Of a stretch of 64,000 nt of DNA, positions 10,926 through 22,059 are shown piece after piece. The translations under genes and the position numbers were made by a program. The DNA is from Nitrospirales bacterium. Lineage in GTDB: Bacteria > Nitrospirota > Nitrospiria > Nitrospirales > UBA8639. Numbering within the stretch: position 1 is the first letter of the stretch; each line of letters begins with the position of its first letter. Below the pieces are notes generated by a model, which was given only the letters and a program-made list of their open reading frames with translations, ran no database searches and was not told the origin of the DNA. The stretch spans positions 384,001 to 448,000 of the forward strand of contig CBDBCZ010000018.1 in NCBI GenBank assembly GCA_965203295.1, given 5' to 3'.

Positions 10926-11430
10926 CTACTGACTGGGGATCACACAATCGTAATGGTCACCAGAACGGTTGTGATACAGGAATATCTTGAAACCACACCT
11001 GGGCAAACAGGTGGGTTTGAAAAACACTGGCAGAAAATGTTCCCAACCACGACGACCCTTACTGATCCCACTAAAGGTGAAAATCACCAGTGTCAGAAAG
11101 GATCTTCTTGGATCGATCCCCTCTGGTTCTGGTGGGCGTACATGGCCCCTCATCCTCAAGCAGTTCTGGACCATATGTATGCAAAAGCTTTTGCTTTTTA
11201 CCCTAGGCCTTCCTTTGGTGCTGCTCTTCTTCCTTGTGCTTGGCTTTAGACTGGCTTCTCTTCCTCTTTGCCTCTTTGGTTTGCCGGTATTTCAGTGTAT
11301 TGGCTCTCTTGCAATTATACAGCTTTAGAGCCTCTGCCATGCCAGCTAGTATCGGCAGTCCCATTCGTTCAAACAAAATAAGGTCCCGGGCATCACCATC
11401 ATTGAGGAGGCGACACCGCAACCAATCACT
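10926..11430 (-). pseudogene. Diverged, internally deleted relic of a Kolobok-transposase/OTU fusion
   Basis: LFERMGLPILAGMAEALK...KEEEQHQRKA parallels the transposase C-terminus at 12719-12930. It is followed by CGFKIFLYHNRSGDHYDCVIPSQ, which parallels the OTU C-terminus at 11436. Confidence 0.75.
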
Positions 11431-11435
11431 AATCT

Positions 11436-12752
11436 CTACTCGCTGGGGATTACACAGTCATAATGGTCCTCAGACCGATTGTGATATAAAAAAATGCTGA
11501 AACCACACTCGGGCATACAAAAGGGGTTTGAAAACAATGGCTTAACTCGTCCCCAGCCACGGACACCACCAGTAACGCGAGAAAAAACAAATATGCTAAT
11601 TTGGAACATAGTGGCCATGACTATTAGTTCATTAGCTGTCCCCCACCTACTGTTGCTAGCAATGTGTTTGCTTTCTACGTACTTTCTCACAGCAGCTACA
11701 GCACCCTTTTGAATCTCTTCAATATCAGAACCACCAGCATTATACTTTGCTTGCAGCCAGTTTGCTATGGCTGGGGCATGCTCTCTGTTAAGCATAAACT
11801 TAATCATAGCCAGGCGCAGTGCCATATGATTGTCCTGACTGCCGGTGTCATGTTTCGAGATGGCCCTGTACATACAGTTTCCATCTGGCATAATGCTGTC
11901 ACGAGTGTGGGGGGCTATTTCCTGGCATTCAATTGGCCTAATGGATTCGACCATTCGCACAACAGGAGTATCAGTCAAACTACCCAGGAAAGTGATGGCA
12001 TCATCCTTCCAACTACTAGTAGGTGTGCCACTTATAACATATTGTATTGGGCCCTCACAATCTGTTATGCCCTCCCCTTCTGAGACAAGGCCATCAGAGG
12101 CATCCGGCCTGTCTGACGACAACCCACGAGAGCTACCACTGGGCTCTGCCTCTGAGCTAGGAGTAGGTTCGGTGGTCTTAGAGGGCAAGGCATGAGATGG
12201 AGCTCCTCTATTTCTAGGATTCAAGGGGCATTCACGGGCATGTGCACGCCCATCACATGTACAGAGTTGAGTAAACCACCGTATGTCACTGTCTTCATCG
12301 GAAGACAAGACAAATACATCCACATCTAAATCTATACCTCCCTCATCCTCACTGTACATGCTCTCATCGTCAGAAGATTGACACTCCCTGTTCCCGCTGG
12401 CAGAAGCAATGGGTAGTTTACCACCTGCAACACCAGCCTTGTCGCAGGACTGCCCATCTGCATGTTTACTGCCCCTCGTACTGTTCCTGCTTGTAGAAGG
12501 AATAGGCAGTTTACTACCCACACCACCAGCCTTTTTCTTATTGGCCTTGTTATAGGGACAGTACCTGTGGTTTGTACGGCGATGAGTGATAGACCCACAC
12601 CTGCATCGTTTTACTACACCCTTAGAATGAGCTCTCACACACTTTTGAGTGGGTCTTGTGGGAGTAGACACCAGGTCCCCAGTCATCTTTAGAGGAGGCT
12701 CAGCAATGGATTCTACATCTAGGTATGTAGAATCTTTTGTGATTTTCCCCAC
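11436..12752 (-). CDS. OTU-like cysteine protease domain with upstream Cys/His knuckles; probably the C-terminal half of the Kolobok protein
   Basis: 438-aa open frame containing CRCGSITHRRTNHRYCPYN, CTCDGRAHARECP and the OTU motifs DGNCMYRAIS, WGTANEL and LYHNRSEDHYDCV. It overlaps the end of the transposase ORF at an apparent frameshift. Confidence 0.8.
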   Translation of the reverse strand: MGKITKDSTYLDVESIAEPPLKMTGDLVSTPTRPTQKCVRAHSKGVVKRCRCGSITHRRTNHRYCPYNKANKKKAGGVGSKLPIPSTSRNSTRGSKHADGQSCDKAGVAGGKLPIASASGNRECQSSDDESMYSEDEGGIDLDVDVFVLSSDEDSDIRWFTQLCTCDGRAHARECPLNPRNRGAPSHALPSKTTEPTPSSEAEPSGSSRGLSSDRPDASDGLVSEGEGITDCEGPIQYVISGTPTSSWKDDAITFLGSLTDTPVVRMVESIRPIECQEIAPHTRDSIMPDGNCMYRAISKHDTGSQDNHMALRLAMIKFMLNREHAPAIANWLQAKYNAGGSDIEEIQKGAVAAVRKYVESKHIASNSRWGTANELIVMATMFQISIFVFSRVTGGVRGWGRVKPLFSNPFCMPECGFSIFLYHNRSEDHYDCVIPSE

Positions 12753-15088
12753 TTCTTACGGGCTTCTTGTTGCGACCCCCTGTGTTGAGATTTCCACTGG
12801 CTTCTACTTTTCTTAGGTGCTTCAGTTTTTTGCTGGTTAAGCTTTTTAGATCTAGCTACATTGGCCTGCTTGAGTACTGCTTCCACACAGTCAAGTATGG
12901 GCAGACCCATTCGCTGAAGTAACTCATGAAGCCAGTGGTACTTCATGCCATGAACACTGTTCATGTAGGTCATGTTGCTTTGCAACAGACCCAGATTAGT
13001 GGACACCTGGTAATGAAAGCGATTGAGGTGCAAAGACTTTGATCGAAAACGGATCAAACAATTGTGAGAGGCTTCACTTTGATTTGTATGGCCTCTACCA
13101 AGCACAGGATGAATGACATCCTCCGCTTGGTCAGCCCTTCTATCACATTCTATCTGGTAGGCCAGGCTGTGAAAGGGACAGCTCAAAACATTTCTTGTTT
13201 TGTATGCTTTCCCTTCACACTTTATATTATCTTCATCACACTTCCCACATGAACACAACCTGAGGGGGTGGAAGTCACACTGCTGGCCGTCTTGCCATTC
13301 ATGGTCGTCCCTGGCATGATGGTGCAGTGCCGTCATACGGCTAACAAACTTCTTGGGCTCTGTCCCTGCACCAACTAAGGCCCCAAAGAAGCGGCTTCGG
13401 GCTACAGTTATGAATTTATCAGATATGCAGCCACACCCAGAACTATGGTGCTTTGGACAGTGACACTCAGCATTGTTCACTTCAGGATACTTCTTCTTAA
13501 GGGCTGTTTGTTCGGTAGCTGTAAAGCTTTTTTCACCTTTATACTTTTCAGCATTTTTTGGTGAGCACGTGGTACATGTCCACCGCAAAGCATCAGCTTT
13601 ACATCAGGATAATGTGCTTTAACAGACAAGGCAGAGGATGAGTCTGCATCCTGCCAATGGATGCTAATAACCATCCCCTCCTCCTTGGCTTTGCCAAACA
13701 CAACAGAAGCTGCATGCCCCTCAGCAAACTTTGATGTGCCTTCATATAACTCCCCTTCACAGAGGTCATCTTTGCCTCGCTGGCAGAGATGAATGTAGTA
13801 CAGCAGAGCACCACTTACGTAACATCGTATCTGAAAGGTGAAATTTTGACTATGATGCCCCCTGGTCATCCAGGCACCGTCAGCAATTGTGACAGCATTC
13901 TGGAAGCTGCTAAGTTCGCTATTTGGTTTAGCTTTCATTGCTTCTTTCATTGCTTCTTTCGCTAGTTCACACTGCTCGTCTACCATGCTCTTTACGTGAG
14001 GATACATGCACTTTAAAGTACTGTAGAATTGCTGTTGAGAGACAGCATACATACCGCAAGCATGTGCCAATACCTTCTGGTACTGCGCATGGGTGCTGTG
14101 ACAGCATTCTGGAAGCTGCTAAGTTCACTATTTGGTTTAGCTTTCATTGCTTCTTTCACTAGCTCACACTGCTCGTCTACCATGCTCTTTACGTGAGGAT
14201 ACATACACTTTAAAGTACTGTAGAATTGCTGTTGAGAGACAGCATACATACCGCAAGCATGTGCCAATACCTTCTGGTACTGTGCATGGGTGCAACCAGC
14301 AGCAATGAATGCTACTTGCAGTGCTAGACCAACTAAAGTTTGCTGAGTAGCTTCATGGACAGCAGAACTATTGAACTGTACACGTCGCACTGTACAACCA
14401 GTACAGTCATACTGCACTTCTACAGAACCCCCAAGGCCAGTTAAAATGATACTGACAGGCTTCAACTGGCCATTACAACCAGAAGTTGCACAAGTTGAGG
14501 TTGCATTTATCTGGTCAATAAAGGCTTGAAGCTGAGAAGTATGGCCTACATATTGACCATTACTTTTACAGGAAAATTCAGCTAAGCCTCTTCTATCAGG
14601 GGTTTCTGACAAAAACTCAGGATCGAGTTTGCGTTTCTTCTGTGGTGTTTCACTATCACTTTCATCCTCAAAAGAGAGTTCTGAGTCTGTTACTTGGACA
14701 TCCTCCCTTAGCTGAAGCTTACCATTAGTAGTTTCAACCCCCATACTCTCCCCTCCCACATTACTAATCCCCACACCACCCTCCCTAACCCCAATACCAC
14801 CCTCCCCTTCTCCCCCCACACCACTCTCTCCTATCCCCACACCTCCCTCCCCTTCTCCCTCCACACCACCTCCCCTATCCCCACACCTCCCTCCCCTTCT
14901 CCCCCCACACCACTCTCCCCTATCCCAACTCCTCCCTCCAATTCTCCCCCCGCACCACTCTCCCCTATCCCCACACCTCCCTCCCCTTCTCCGACCCTAC
15001 CCATCCCTCGGTGACTCACGGCATTGCGACTCCATCGGAGTCGTACCAGCTGCTGAAAGCGACCAGATTTTTTAGACGTGCACATCAT
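12719..15088 (-). pseudogene. Kolobok-type DDE transposase, frameshifted, with an internal ~200-bp duplication
   Basis: Motifs DGAWMTRGHHS, YEGTSKFAEG, WQDADSS, LCGGHVPR and HTNQSEASHN are split over ORFs 14013-14864, 13477-14070 and 12719-13588. It has a Gly/Glu repeat N-terminus and a TTAA-GG terminus upstream. Confidence 0.75.
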
Positions 15089-15621
15089 GGCGTCTCTGAG
15101 AATAGTCTCGTGAGTGTCTTGTGCCCCGTTGCGCGCTCATTCCCAGACTATAGTCAAGTTCGTTCCAGTACCGGGTACCGGGTACCCAAGTCGCATTACA
15201 TCATTGGGGCAGGGTTATGCCTTCACGTGCTCTCTTTTGGGGGCGGATCTAGAAGGACACGCAGAGTTACCGAGGCCCATCGAATCAAGATGGAAGGAAG
15301 GTGTGTATTAATGCGCACTCCGTACTTAAATAATGGTAGATACATAATAGGTAGGTAATACTACGTATGCGTTTATCTTTTTGCCTATCTAAAGGGACAC
15401 AAAACTTGTTCCTGAAAATGCAAATTCAGTTTGCCATAGCACGTTAACTACGTATTTTCTGTGAAAATCCATACGTACGTTTGTAGTTGCGGTGGAAATG
15501 TACAACATATCGCAGATTTGATCATCATAGCTCGTCTGAATGTTTCGAAATTTTGCTTCAAAAATGGTCCACAATAAACATAGCGCTCTAAAACAATAAA
15601 ATGCAAATTTTTTTTTTTATT

Positions 15622-15691
15622 ATCAGCAGAGTACAAGGTTTCCAAAAATATAAAAATATATATGCATCTGAACAGACTCTTCCTACCTTAA
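15622..15691 (-). mobile_element. 5' terminus of the Kolobok-type element
   Basis: The minus strand reads TTAA-GGTAGGAAGAG. TTAA followed by purine-purine is the Kolobok pattern, and the same start occurs in the element at 47720-48560. Confidence 0.7.
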
Positions 15692-15758
15692 TATAAAGTA
15701 CATGTTTTTTCTATTTTATATGGGCACATAAATGTGCCCATGGCGTTCAAAGAGTTAA
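15692..15758. mobile_element. Orphan piggyBac-like end
   Basis: Palindrome tgggcacataaatgtgccca, then tggcgttcaaagag-TTAA. The TTAA corresponds to the empty site atttataTTAAttatatt near 2180. The partner end was not found. Confidence 0.65.
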
Positions 15759-16307
15759 TTATATTATTATTATAATCATACACAGAAATACTAAGGCAAA
15801 CACTGATTGAAAAGAGCTACTCACCTGATTGCCCCAATTTTGTTGAGTTATCACTTACAAGACGATCCCGGTCAATGGGGCTTGGGATGGTTCTGGCCTC
15901 AGAGTGCCTATACGGGAATGTCTTGATTTGCCCATTCAGGGCGTCAGTGGTGAAATACCCCTTTTCCCTGATGCAGTGGGCAAGAATCCTCCGGCACTGC
16001 AGCACTAGGACACCCTCAAAGATCACGTGCATGATGTCATGCGGTAACCACCGATAGACATCAAAATGTGGTGCCTGGTCGAGGATGCTCAGCCGATTCA
16101 CCCCGTAGGTTGTGGAGAAGCTGTCTGACAATCCTGGAGCTGAGTCCAATAGGAGGCACTGTCGTCTGTGCCTGTCAAGGCTCCTTAGTTGGTCCTTGGA
16201 GGCATTGAACTGTAGTGAAGAAGTTCTGTATACCATTATGTATGTAGCTATTTGGCCCAAATTGCACAAATTAACCTGTATGTAGGGGTCTGTGGGTATG
16301 TTCTTAA

Positions 16308-16962
16308 CCCTTTGAGCGCGGTACTTGATTATTCATAACTTCCGCGTCACGCGGAAGTCAATTTAATTTTTGTCTACGGTGCATGTGCTCGCAGTTTTGT
16401 AGAGTTGTAGGCTATTTTCCGTGCTGAACGGCAACACTGGAAGCCAGGAAGTGTAAAACTATCGTTGTTTAGTGTGTAGCTGGTGTGCTAAAGTCCCTGC
16501 TATTGCAGAAGAGCGAATACAAACGGCAGCACTAAAGCCAACTTTGGTAGTCGCCATTTTCGTGTGTCTGTCCCCTCAACTACAGTGGTGAGTCGCTTCT
16601 GTTACTTCGTGCCGGTTCTGTTACTAAGTGCTGGATCTGTATCTAAGGCCTAGCGCTCTGACTGCAGCCATTCTCGGCGTTTTAGGCTTCAAAAGCCTTG
16701 TAGACGCTACCCGCGCCTTTGCCGCGTACTAACTGTGCTACACAACTAAGCGTCAAGTGAACGCTTCGAACGACTTGTGGCGGGGGTGGAGCTTTAGATC
16801 GATTGCTAAAGACCGTAAGGTTATCCCCTAAAGTATCACGCGTGCCATAAAATTGGAAGGGTCTGACCCGTAGCACTTACTATGGTGAGCGTATATATAC
16901 GCTCGCCGCGATACGCGGAAGTAATTTTCGAGCGTATATATACGCTCGCCGCGTTCAAAGGG
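16308..16962. mobile_element. Non-autonomous piggyBac-like element
   Basis: TIR CCCTTTGAGCGCGG / CCGCGTTCAAAGGG (13/14), with TTAA at 16304 and 16963 and two subterminal palindromes gagcgtatatatacgctc. The empty site tgttcTTAAgtagcccc is at 2506. Confidence 0.93.
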
Positions 16963-17058
16963 TTAAGTAGCCCCACCCCTGTTGTGGCTTGCGTATGTGT
17001 TCTTGAGTTTGTCCCTCTTCACTAACTACTGACATGATGACTACCAGTGACAACATAC

Positions 17059-17182
17059 CTTCGTATGAAGATACTGAGGTAGAATCATGCTTCGTATGAA
17101 GATACTGAGGTAGAATCATGCTTCGTATGAAGATACTGAGGTAGAATCATGCTTCGTATGAAGATACTGAGGTAGAATCATG
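17059..17182. repeat. 31-bp tandem repeat, 4 units
   Basis: cttcgtatgaagatactgaggtagaatcatg x4; only one unit in the paralogous block near 2602. Confidence 0.92.
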
Positions 17183-17416
17183 CATGCTCGGCGTTTTCTG
17201 TATGTCGAAGCACTTTCCTTGTACCCCCCAGCACAGCTTGCAGTGGCAGAATCTTCAAGAAATGCAAGCTAGCACCCATGAAAGTGATGCTCTTGCCTTC
17301 CAGTGCATACATGAATGCCTTCCTGTTGGAACAAATAATTTAGGTGCTTAAATGTCATAACACAGACAGGAGAAATGTATGCAAAGGACAGAACCACACA
17401 CATGTCCAATGCACAT

Positions 17417-17850
17417 TGTGGTATTACTCGATAACTCAACAGTAATAGAATAGACTCTACAAGATACAACTGAACAATACAGCAATAGTACAAGTATTTA
17501 TACACAGGAAATGCAGCATACTATAAATAGAGTAAACGTCATACTATATAGTAGATCTAACTATAGGCAGTTACACCACATCTCCCCCTTTAGGCCAGTT
17601 GCACTGGAGGGGTGATTGGCGTTCCAGTTTGGGATCTTGTCATGATCCTGCGAGTTAGTTCGAGCTTGGGTGCATGCGGTGAATCATGCCAGTCGTTCGA
17701 ACGATCGGACGTATCGGGCACAACAGTCAGGTGGGAGTGGTTTCGACGCACCTGCCCGGTTGGAGTGTCGACCACATAGGACCTAGGGTCGGCTGCTAAG
17801 GAAACAACTCTTCCCCGAACTGGGTCCCCTTCAGAGTTGATCCAGACCTC
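17417..17850 (-). mobile_element. Gypsy-type retrotransposon 3' end: integrase tail, PPT and 164-bp LTR (17417-17580)
   Basis: TG...CA bounded LTR, an adjacent polypurine tract (tctccccct on +), and the peptide PRSYVVDTPTGQVRRN. Confidence 0.85.
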
Positions 17851-19310
17851 TAAATATAAATTGCAAAGAGATGGAGGAAGTAGAAGCATTTAACACTTTG
17901 CATGCCTAGAAATCATATACAAAAACAAGTGTATTTAGAGTGGCTAGGTCTTAGCTCAGAAAAAGAAGAAAATGTGGGGTGGAAAACCCCGGAAACGAAC
18001 CTGGGCCACGCACTCAGGAGGACCGGCGCTTTACGAAACGATCCAAGAGGCGTGGAATCAGGTAGTTGTACTACAAAATGTTAGCTTATATAGCGATAAC
18101 GCATAAATGCGTTGTAGGCGTGCAAAGTGTTAAGTACTTGCAGCTGGGGGTGTAGTTTGACCGATGGATGAGAGGAAACATGAGGGTCGAGAAAGCAGAG
18201 GAATGGGTAGGTAAAGTAGAATGGATGGCTAGGGTAAATGGAGATATGGAAGTCGAGCGTAGAAGGATGGCATGGGAATTGATGGCAAGGCCATGTTTGG
18301 AGCACGCAGCAGAAGTATGGTGGCCAGGAGGGAAAGTGGTGGGTAGAAAATTGGAAGCAGTGCATGCAAGACAGAATAGGTAGGAAGTTGCTGAGGGCAA
18401 GCAATACAGTGGCAGGGTTGCGGTGCGAGGTGATCTTGGATGGAGAAGGTTGGAAGAGAGGAGGGAAGAGAAGAAGGTTCTGTTTGGTAGGGGGAACTAG
18501 GTGAAGAGAGACTGGTAAAGTGGATTGTAGAAAAATTGCAAGAAGCTGGTGGAGTGGGGTGAGAGAGGAGTATGAAGTGCTGACTAGGAAGTATGGGCTG
18601 GAACAGGAAGATGAAGGGCAAGCAGGGTTTGCTGCAGAGTGGAAGAGGAGAGTGAGAGAGCTAAACGGGAATGAATGGAAGGAAGAAGTAGAGCCAATGA
18701 GCAGCTTGAGATGGTATAGAGTAGTGCAGGATACTTTTGGTGTGGAGGAGAACATTGCATCATGGGTAGGGCATGCGGCGGTTAGGTTGAGGTTTCGGTT
18801 GAGTACTGGTTCTGCGGGGTTGTTTGAGGATAAATGGAGGTGTCGGATGTGCGTAGATGGGAGGTGAGTGTTGTGTAATAGGGGTGACGTAGAGGATGTA
18901 GGGCATTTTGTATTGAATTGTGGAGAATTTACTGCAGAGAGGAGAAAGTTGGTTAGGAAGATTAGGAGTTTAATAGGGGCAGAAAGATGGGGTGAGGAAT
19001 ATGACAGAGATGTAGAAGAGAAGAAGGCGTTGTTAGGAAAGAGGGTGGAAGGGGTGGAGAGGGATGTGATGGATGTAGTAGACGGGTGGTTGTTAAAGGA
19101 GTTGCTGGTGTGGTGGAGAAGGAGGAAAGATTTGTTGGGATGGACTTAGGTAGCTAAACCCTGCTCCAAGTACCTGGAACCCAGTGCTCCCATACCCCCA
19201 CCTCCTATGATCACAACAGTTATTGCTATTGTAGTTATAAATGTTGTTATTATTCTGTGTGTCTTGTATGTGATGGCCCAGTAGGGCTCAGACATGAAAG
19301 ATTTAAAGAT
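17850..19310 (+). mobile_element. LINE (non-LTR) 3' fragment, decayed
   Basis: EEVEAFKYL.GV, ARPCLEHAAEVW, LGWRRLEERR, C-terminal CRMC...C...EDVGHFVLNC, and a short aaagattt-type tail. Confidence 0.8.
17894..18129. mobile_element. 236-bp piggyBac-like MITE inside the LINE
   Basis: TIR CACTTTGCATGCCTA / TAGGCGTGCAAAGTG (14/15), with TTAA on both sides. The empty site is at 39971. Confidence 0.92.
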
Positions 19311-20832
19311 ATCCCGCCGATAGTAATTATGCTTCAGCGGTTTGTACAGCCTTTCACGGTTTTGACACAGAGCATCATTCGTACAACGCCTGTGACGCCA
19401 CGTGCTTTTGAAGATGAACATGCATGTACACGCCAAGTTTGACAGTCAGACGGAGTCAATTTATCGCCCCTAAGGTGGTATGAACATCATCCTTCTATCA
19501 TTTCATACCACCAGTATGAAGGTCAGTTCAGGTGATGATCACACCCAGTAGGTATGAAATTTACACCACAGTTTTAGCAGTGTGGGTCTGGGCACGAGAC
19601 TGTAATATAGGCCCTTGCCATAATAGCAAGGTGGACTCATCTGTCTGCACCATACCACACAGGACTTCCGATTCACTAGTTGTGACTACAGAATGTATGA
19701 GTGACCCCCCCCCCCCCCCAATCATGCTACTGTATTTCAGCAGTCCACCTTAAAAAAAAGCTGTTATTTAAAATAAGTGAATTGCAGACATGTGTAGATG
19801 GGTACAGCTACTTACATGACATTACGTTACATTTATGTGTCTTGTGCGTGTTGAACTTGTCCTTTCTAAACTCTATTTCTCTCTCCTCTTGCTTGCGCTG
19901 GTAGGCAAGTATCTTGACATGCTGCATTTTGGTAAAATCCAGGACAGCGTAGGAAGTCTGTTCAGTTGATGGAGGGAGGTATTCATTGGGTTCTTTTTAA
20001 AACACCACCTCGTGGTAGGGGAATTTTCGTGACTCTTGTCACAGAAGGGTGGCTGTCTGGATTTGGAGCCCTCTCCTGCAGTGGCCGCTGTCCTACAGCT
20101 GAGACATCCACCACCAGGTGTCTGTCCATGTTCTCCTAATTGGGCTGATGGAGGTTGGTTGAGGGGGAGGTATCCCACCAGGGGTAAGAGGCATAGACGT
20201 CTGCTCTGACCTTTGACTGCCATTCAAGCTCTTCACCTACCTTTTGCATAGCCACACAACCCACGACCATATGTGCGGGTGGGTTTAGCGGACAGGGGAG
20301 TTGGTATACTCCAAGTTGAATACCATATAGGAAGCAAGTAGAACTACCCCCTGCACAGACAGAGATAAATCAAGATCTCACTACAAAATAGTTAGGTATA
20401 GTCTTTTCTTTAATACAGTGGAACCCCTCTATTGTTGCACAGGTACTAAATTTGCTACTGTACACAGAGACAGAAACTTAGCATGCAGTCAATACACTGT
20501 AGCCAAGTGATGACAACTTACCAATTGAACTTCATGCATATCCCAGTGGCATAGCGCAGCTGAGCAGAGAAGTTAAACTAGTGGACAGGAAGTGACATCA
20601 GCCTAGCAACCTGTGCCTGCAGGCCTGGTAAGAGATAAAGTTAAAGAAATCTAACCTTGTTACCACCTCCCTCACAGATGTGACAGTAGTTTCGACAGTA
20701 AGCCCAGGAACAAGTAAATCCATTTTTGTACCTGTCACTCCCAGCCTTAGGGCCACCCTTACCAGCTGTACAGGCTCATTACTGAACTTTATGAAAAAAA
20801 CAAGTTTGCATACAAATGCGTATGTGATGTAT

Positions 20833-21378
20833 AATTACCCTGCGGCGCGTAGGCGGCGACGGGGTTAAGCAATTGGTTCTGTCTGTTCGTTCGTCCGTCC
20901 GTCCGTCCGTCCGTCCGTCTGTCCAGTGTCTGTCCGCTCAAAAATCGGGCTATCTCGCAATTTACAGGGTTAAACGATTGCTAAACACGACAGTAACATT
21001 GAAATCAAAAAAAAAATGTCCGGGTGTGTACCTGATAGTCGCCAAAGCAGTTCCATTCGCTGTATCTACAGCTCTTTCTTATTTAACAATGGTGCATTCT
21101 GCCATTTTAATACGGTCACAACTAGAATACGATAGAGGCCGGGCATATATGGACTCTGGTCACGTGTTCATACTGGCAATCAGTCACGCCCACCACTTCC
21201 CATAGGATATACAGATATATATGCATACACGAGCGCTGTACACTCTACGTGCGGATACACAGCCAGTGATATACATGTACATTATGCCAACTACTCCATC
21301 AGCCCAGTCTGCAGTCCTACCAGGTCCAAGTTGTGAATTATGCACCGCGGGGTATGTCTCTGCTAGAGACTTCTAGTT
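20833..21378 (+). mobile_element. Non-autonomous Helentron-type (DINE-1/HINE-like) element
   Basis: Subterminal inverted repeats taccctgcgg (20836) and ccgcggggta (21345), a (GTCC)n microsatellite near the 5' end, a 3' hairpin gtctc-tgcta-gagac, and a CTAG-TT end. Confidence 0.75.
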
Positions 21379-22059
21379 ATTATATGGCTCGAGTAACTAG
21401 AGCTACCATCTCCAAAAACTGCCTACACAACCATGACAGGAGTTGGGTGACGTCATTCTAAGGCTTTGTGTAGACGTGCTCGATGCACGGACAATCCATC
21501 TAACCACTCTACATCACAATTGAGGACATAAGCATCACGGAAAGCTTCTAGCTACCACGCTAAGGCTTGCTAGTACACTCAAAGCTTACCGTCTACGCTT
21601 CCCGGTTCAGAATAGGTAGAAAGTCGATGTACTGGCTTCGTTTGCGTCCATATAGAGGCTACATAAACCCTTTCACAGCTGGGAGTCGCCAATAGCTGTT
21701 TTGTCTACGCAGCAAAATCAGCACGTTCTACTCCAACGCGAATGATATGCACGAGGTAAATTAATTCGCCTACGGTGACGCCCAAGATGACGTAATTTCC
21801 GTGTGCAATGCGTTAATGCTCTGCCTTGAATACAAGTTATGAGGGCAAGTCACATGCAAGTCGAATAGGAGTTAATCTTGTATTTCACGCCATATAATAC
21901 ATAACTGCACTGTAGTAGGCATTAATAAAATATCAGTCCTGGAGTCACTTTATTTCCACCTGTACTGCCTCAATGTGTATAGCCTACCTTCGCAGAGTGA
22001 ACATCATTGTATTCTTCTGAGCCTGCTTATAGCTGCTCACAAATAGGTCGGCCCTAATA

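Larger units (their letters stand above)
15759..17416 (-). pseudogene. EnSpm/CACTA transposase family A (copy 2)
   Basis: ORF 15817-16269 has FSTTYGVNRLSIL...LPHDIMHVIFEGV; colinear with ~2185-2867. Confidence 0.8.

Noticed and set aside
18081..18755. 224-aa minus-strand ORF, and similar long antisense ORFs such as 22206-22796 and 28501-29163
   Set aside because: They are shadow frames opposite recognisable LINE, Gypsy or recombinase coding sequence.
19870..20800. Exon-like minus-strand fragments
   Set aside because: They have splice-like signals but contain stops and no motif I can assign.
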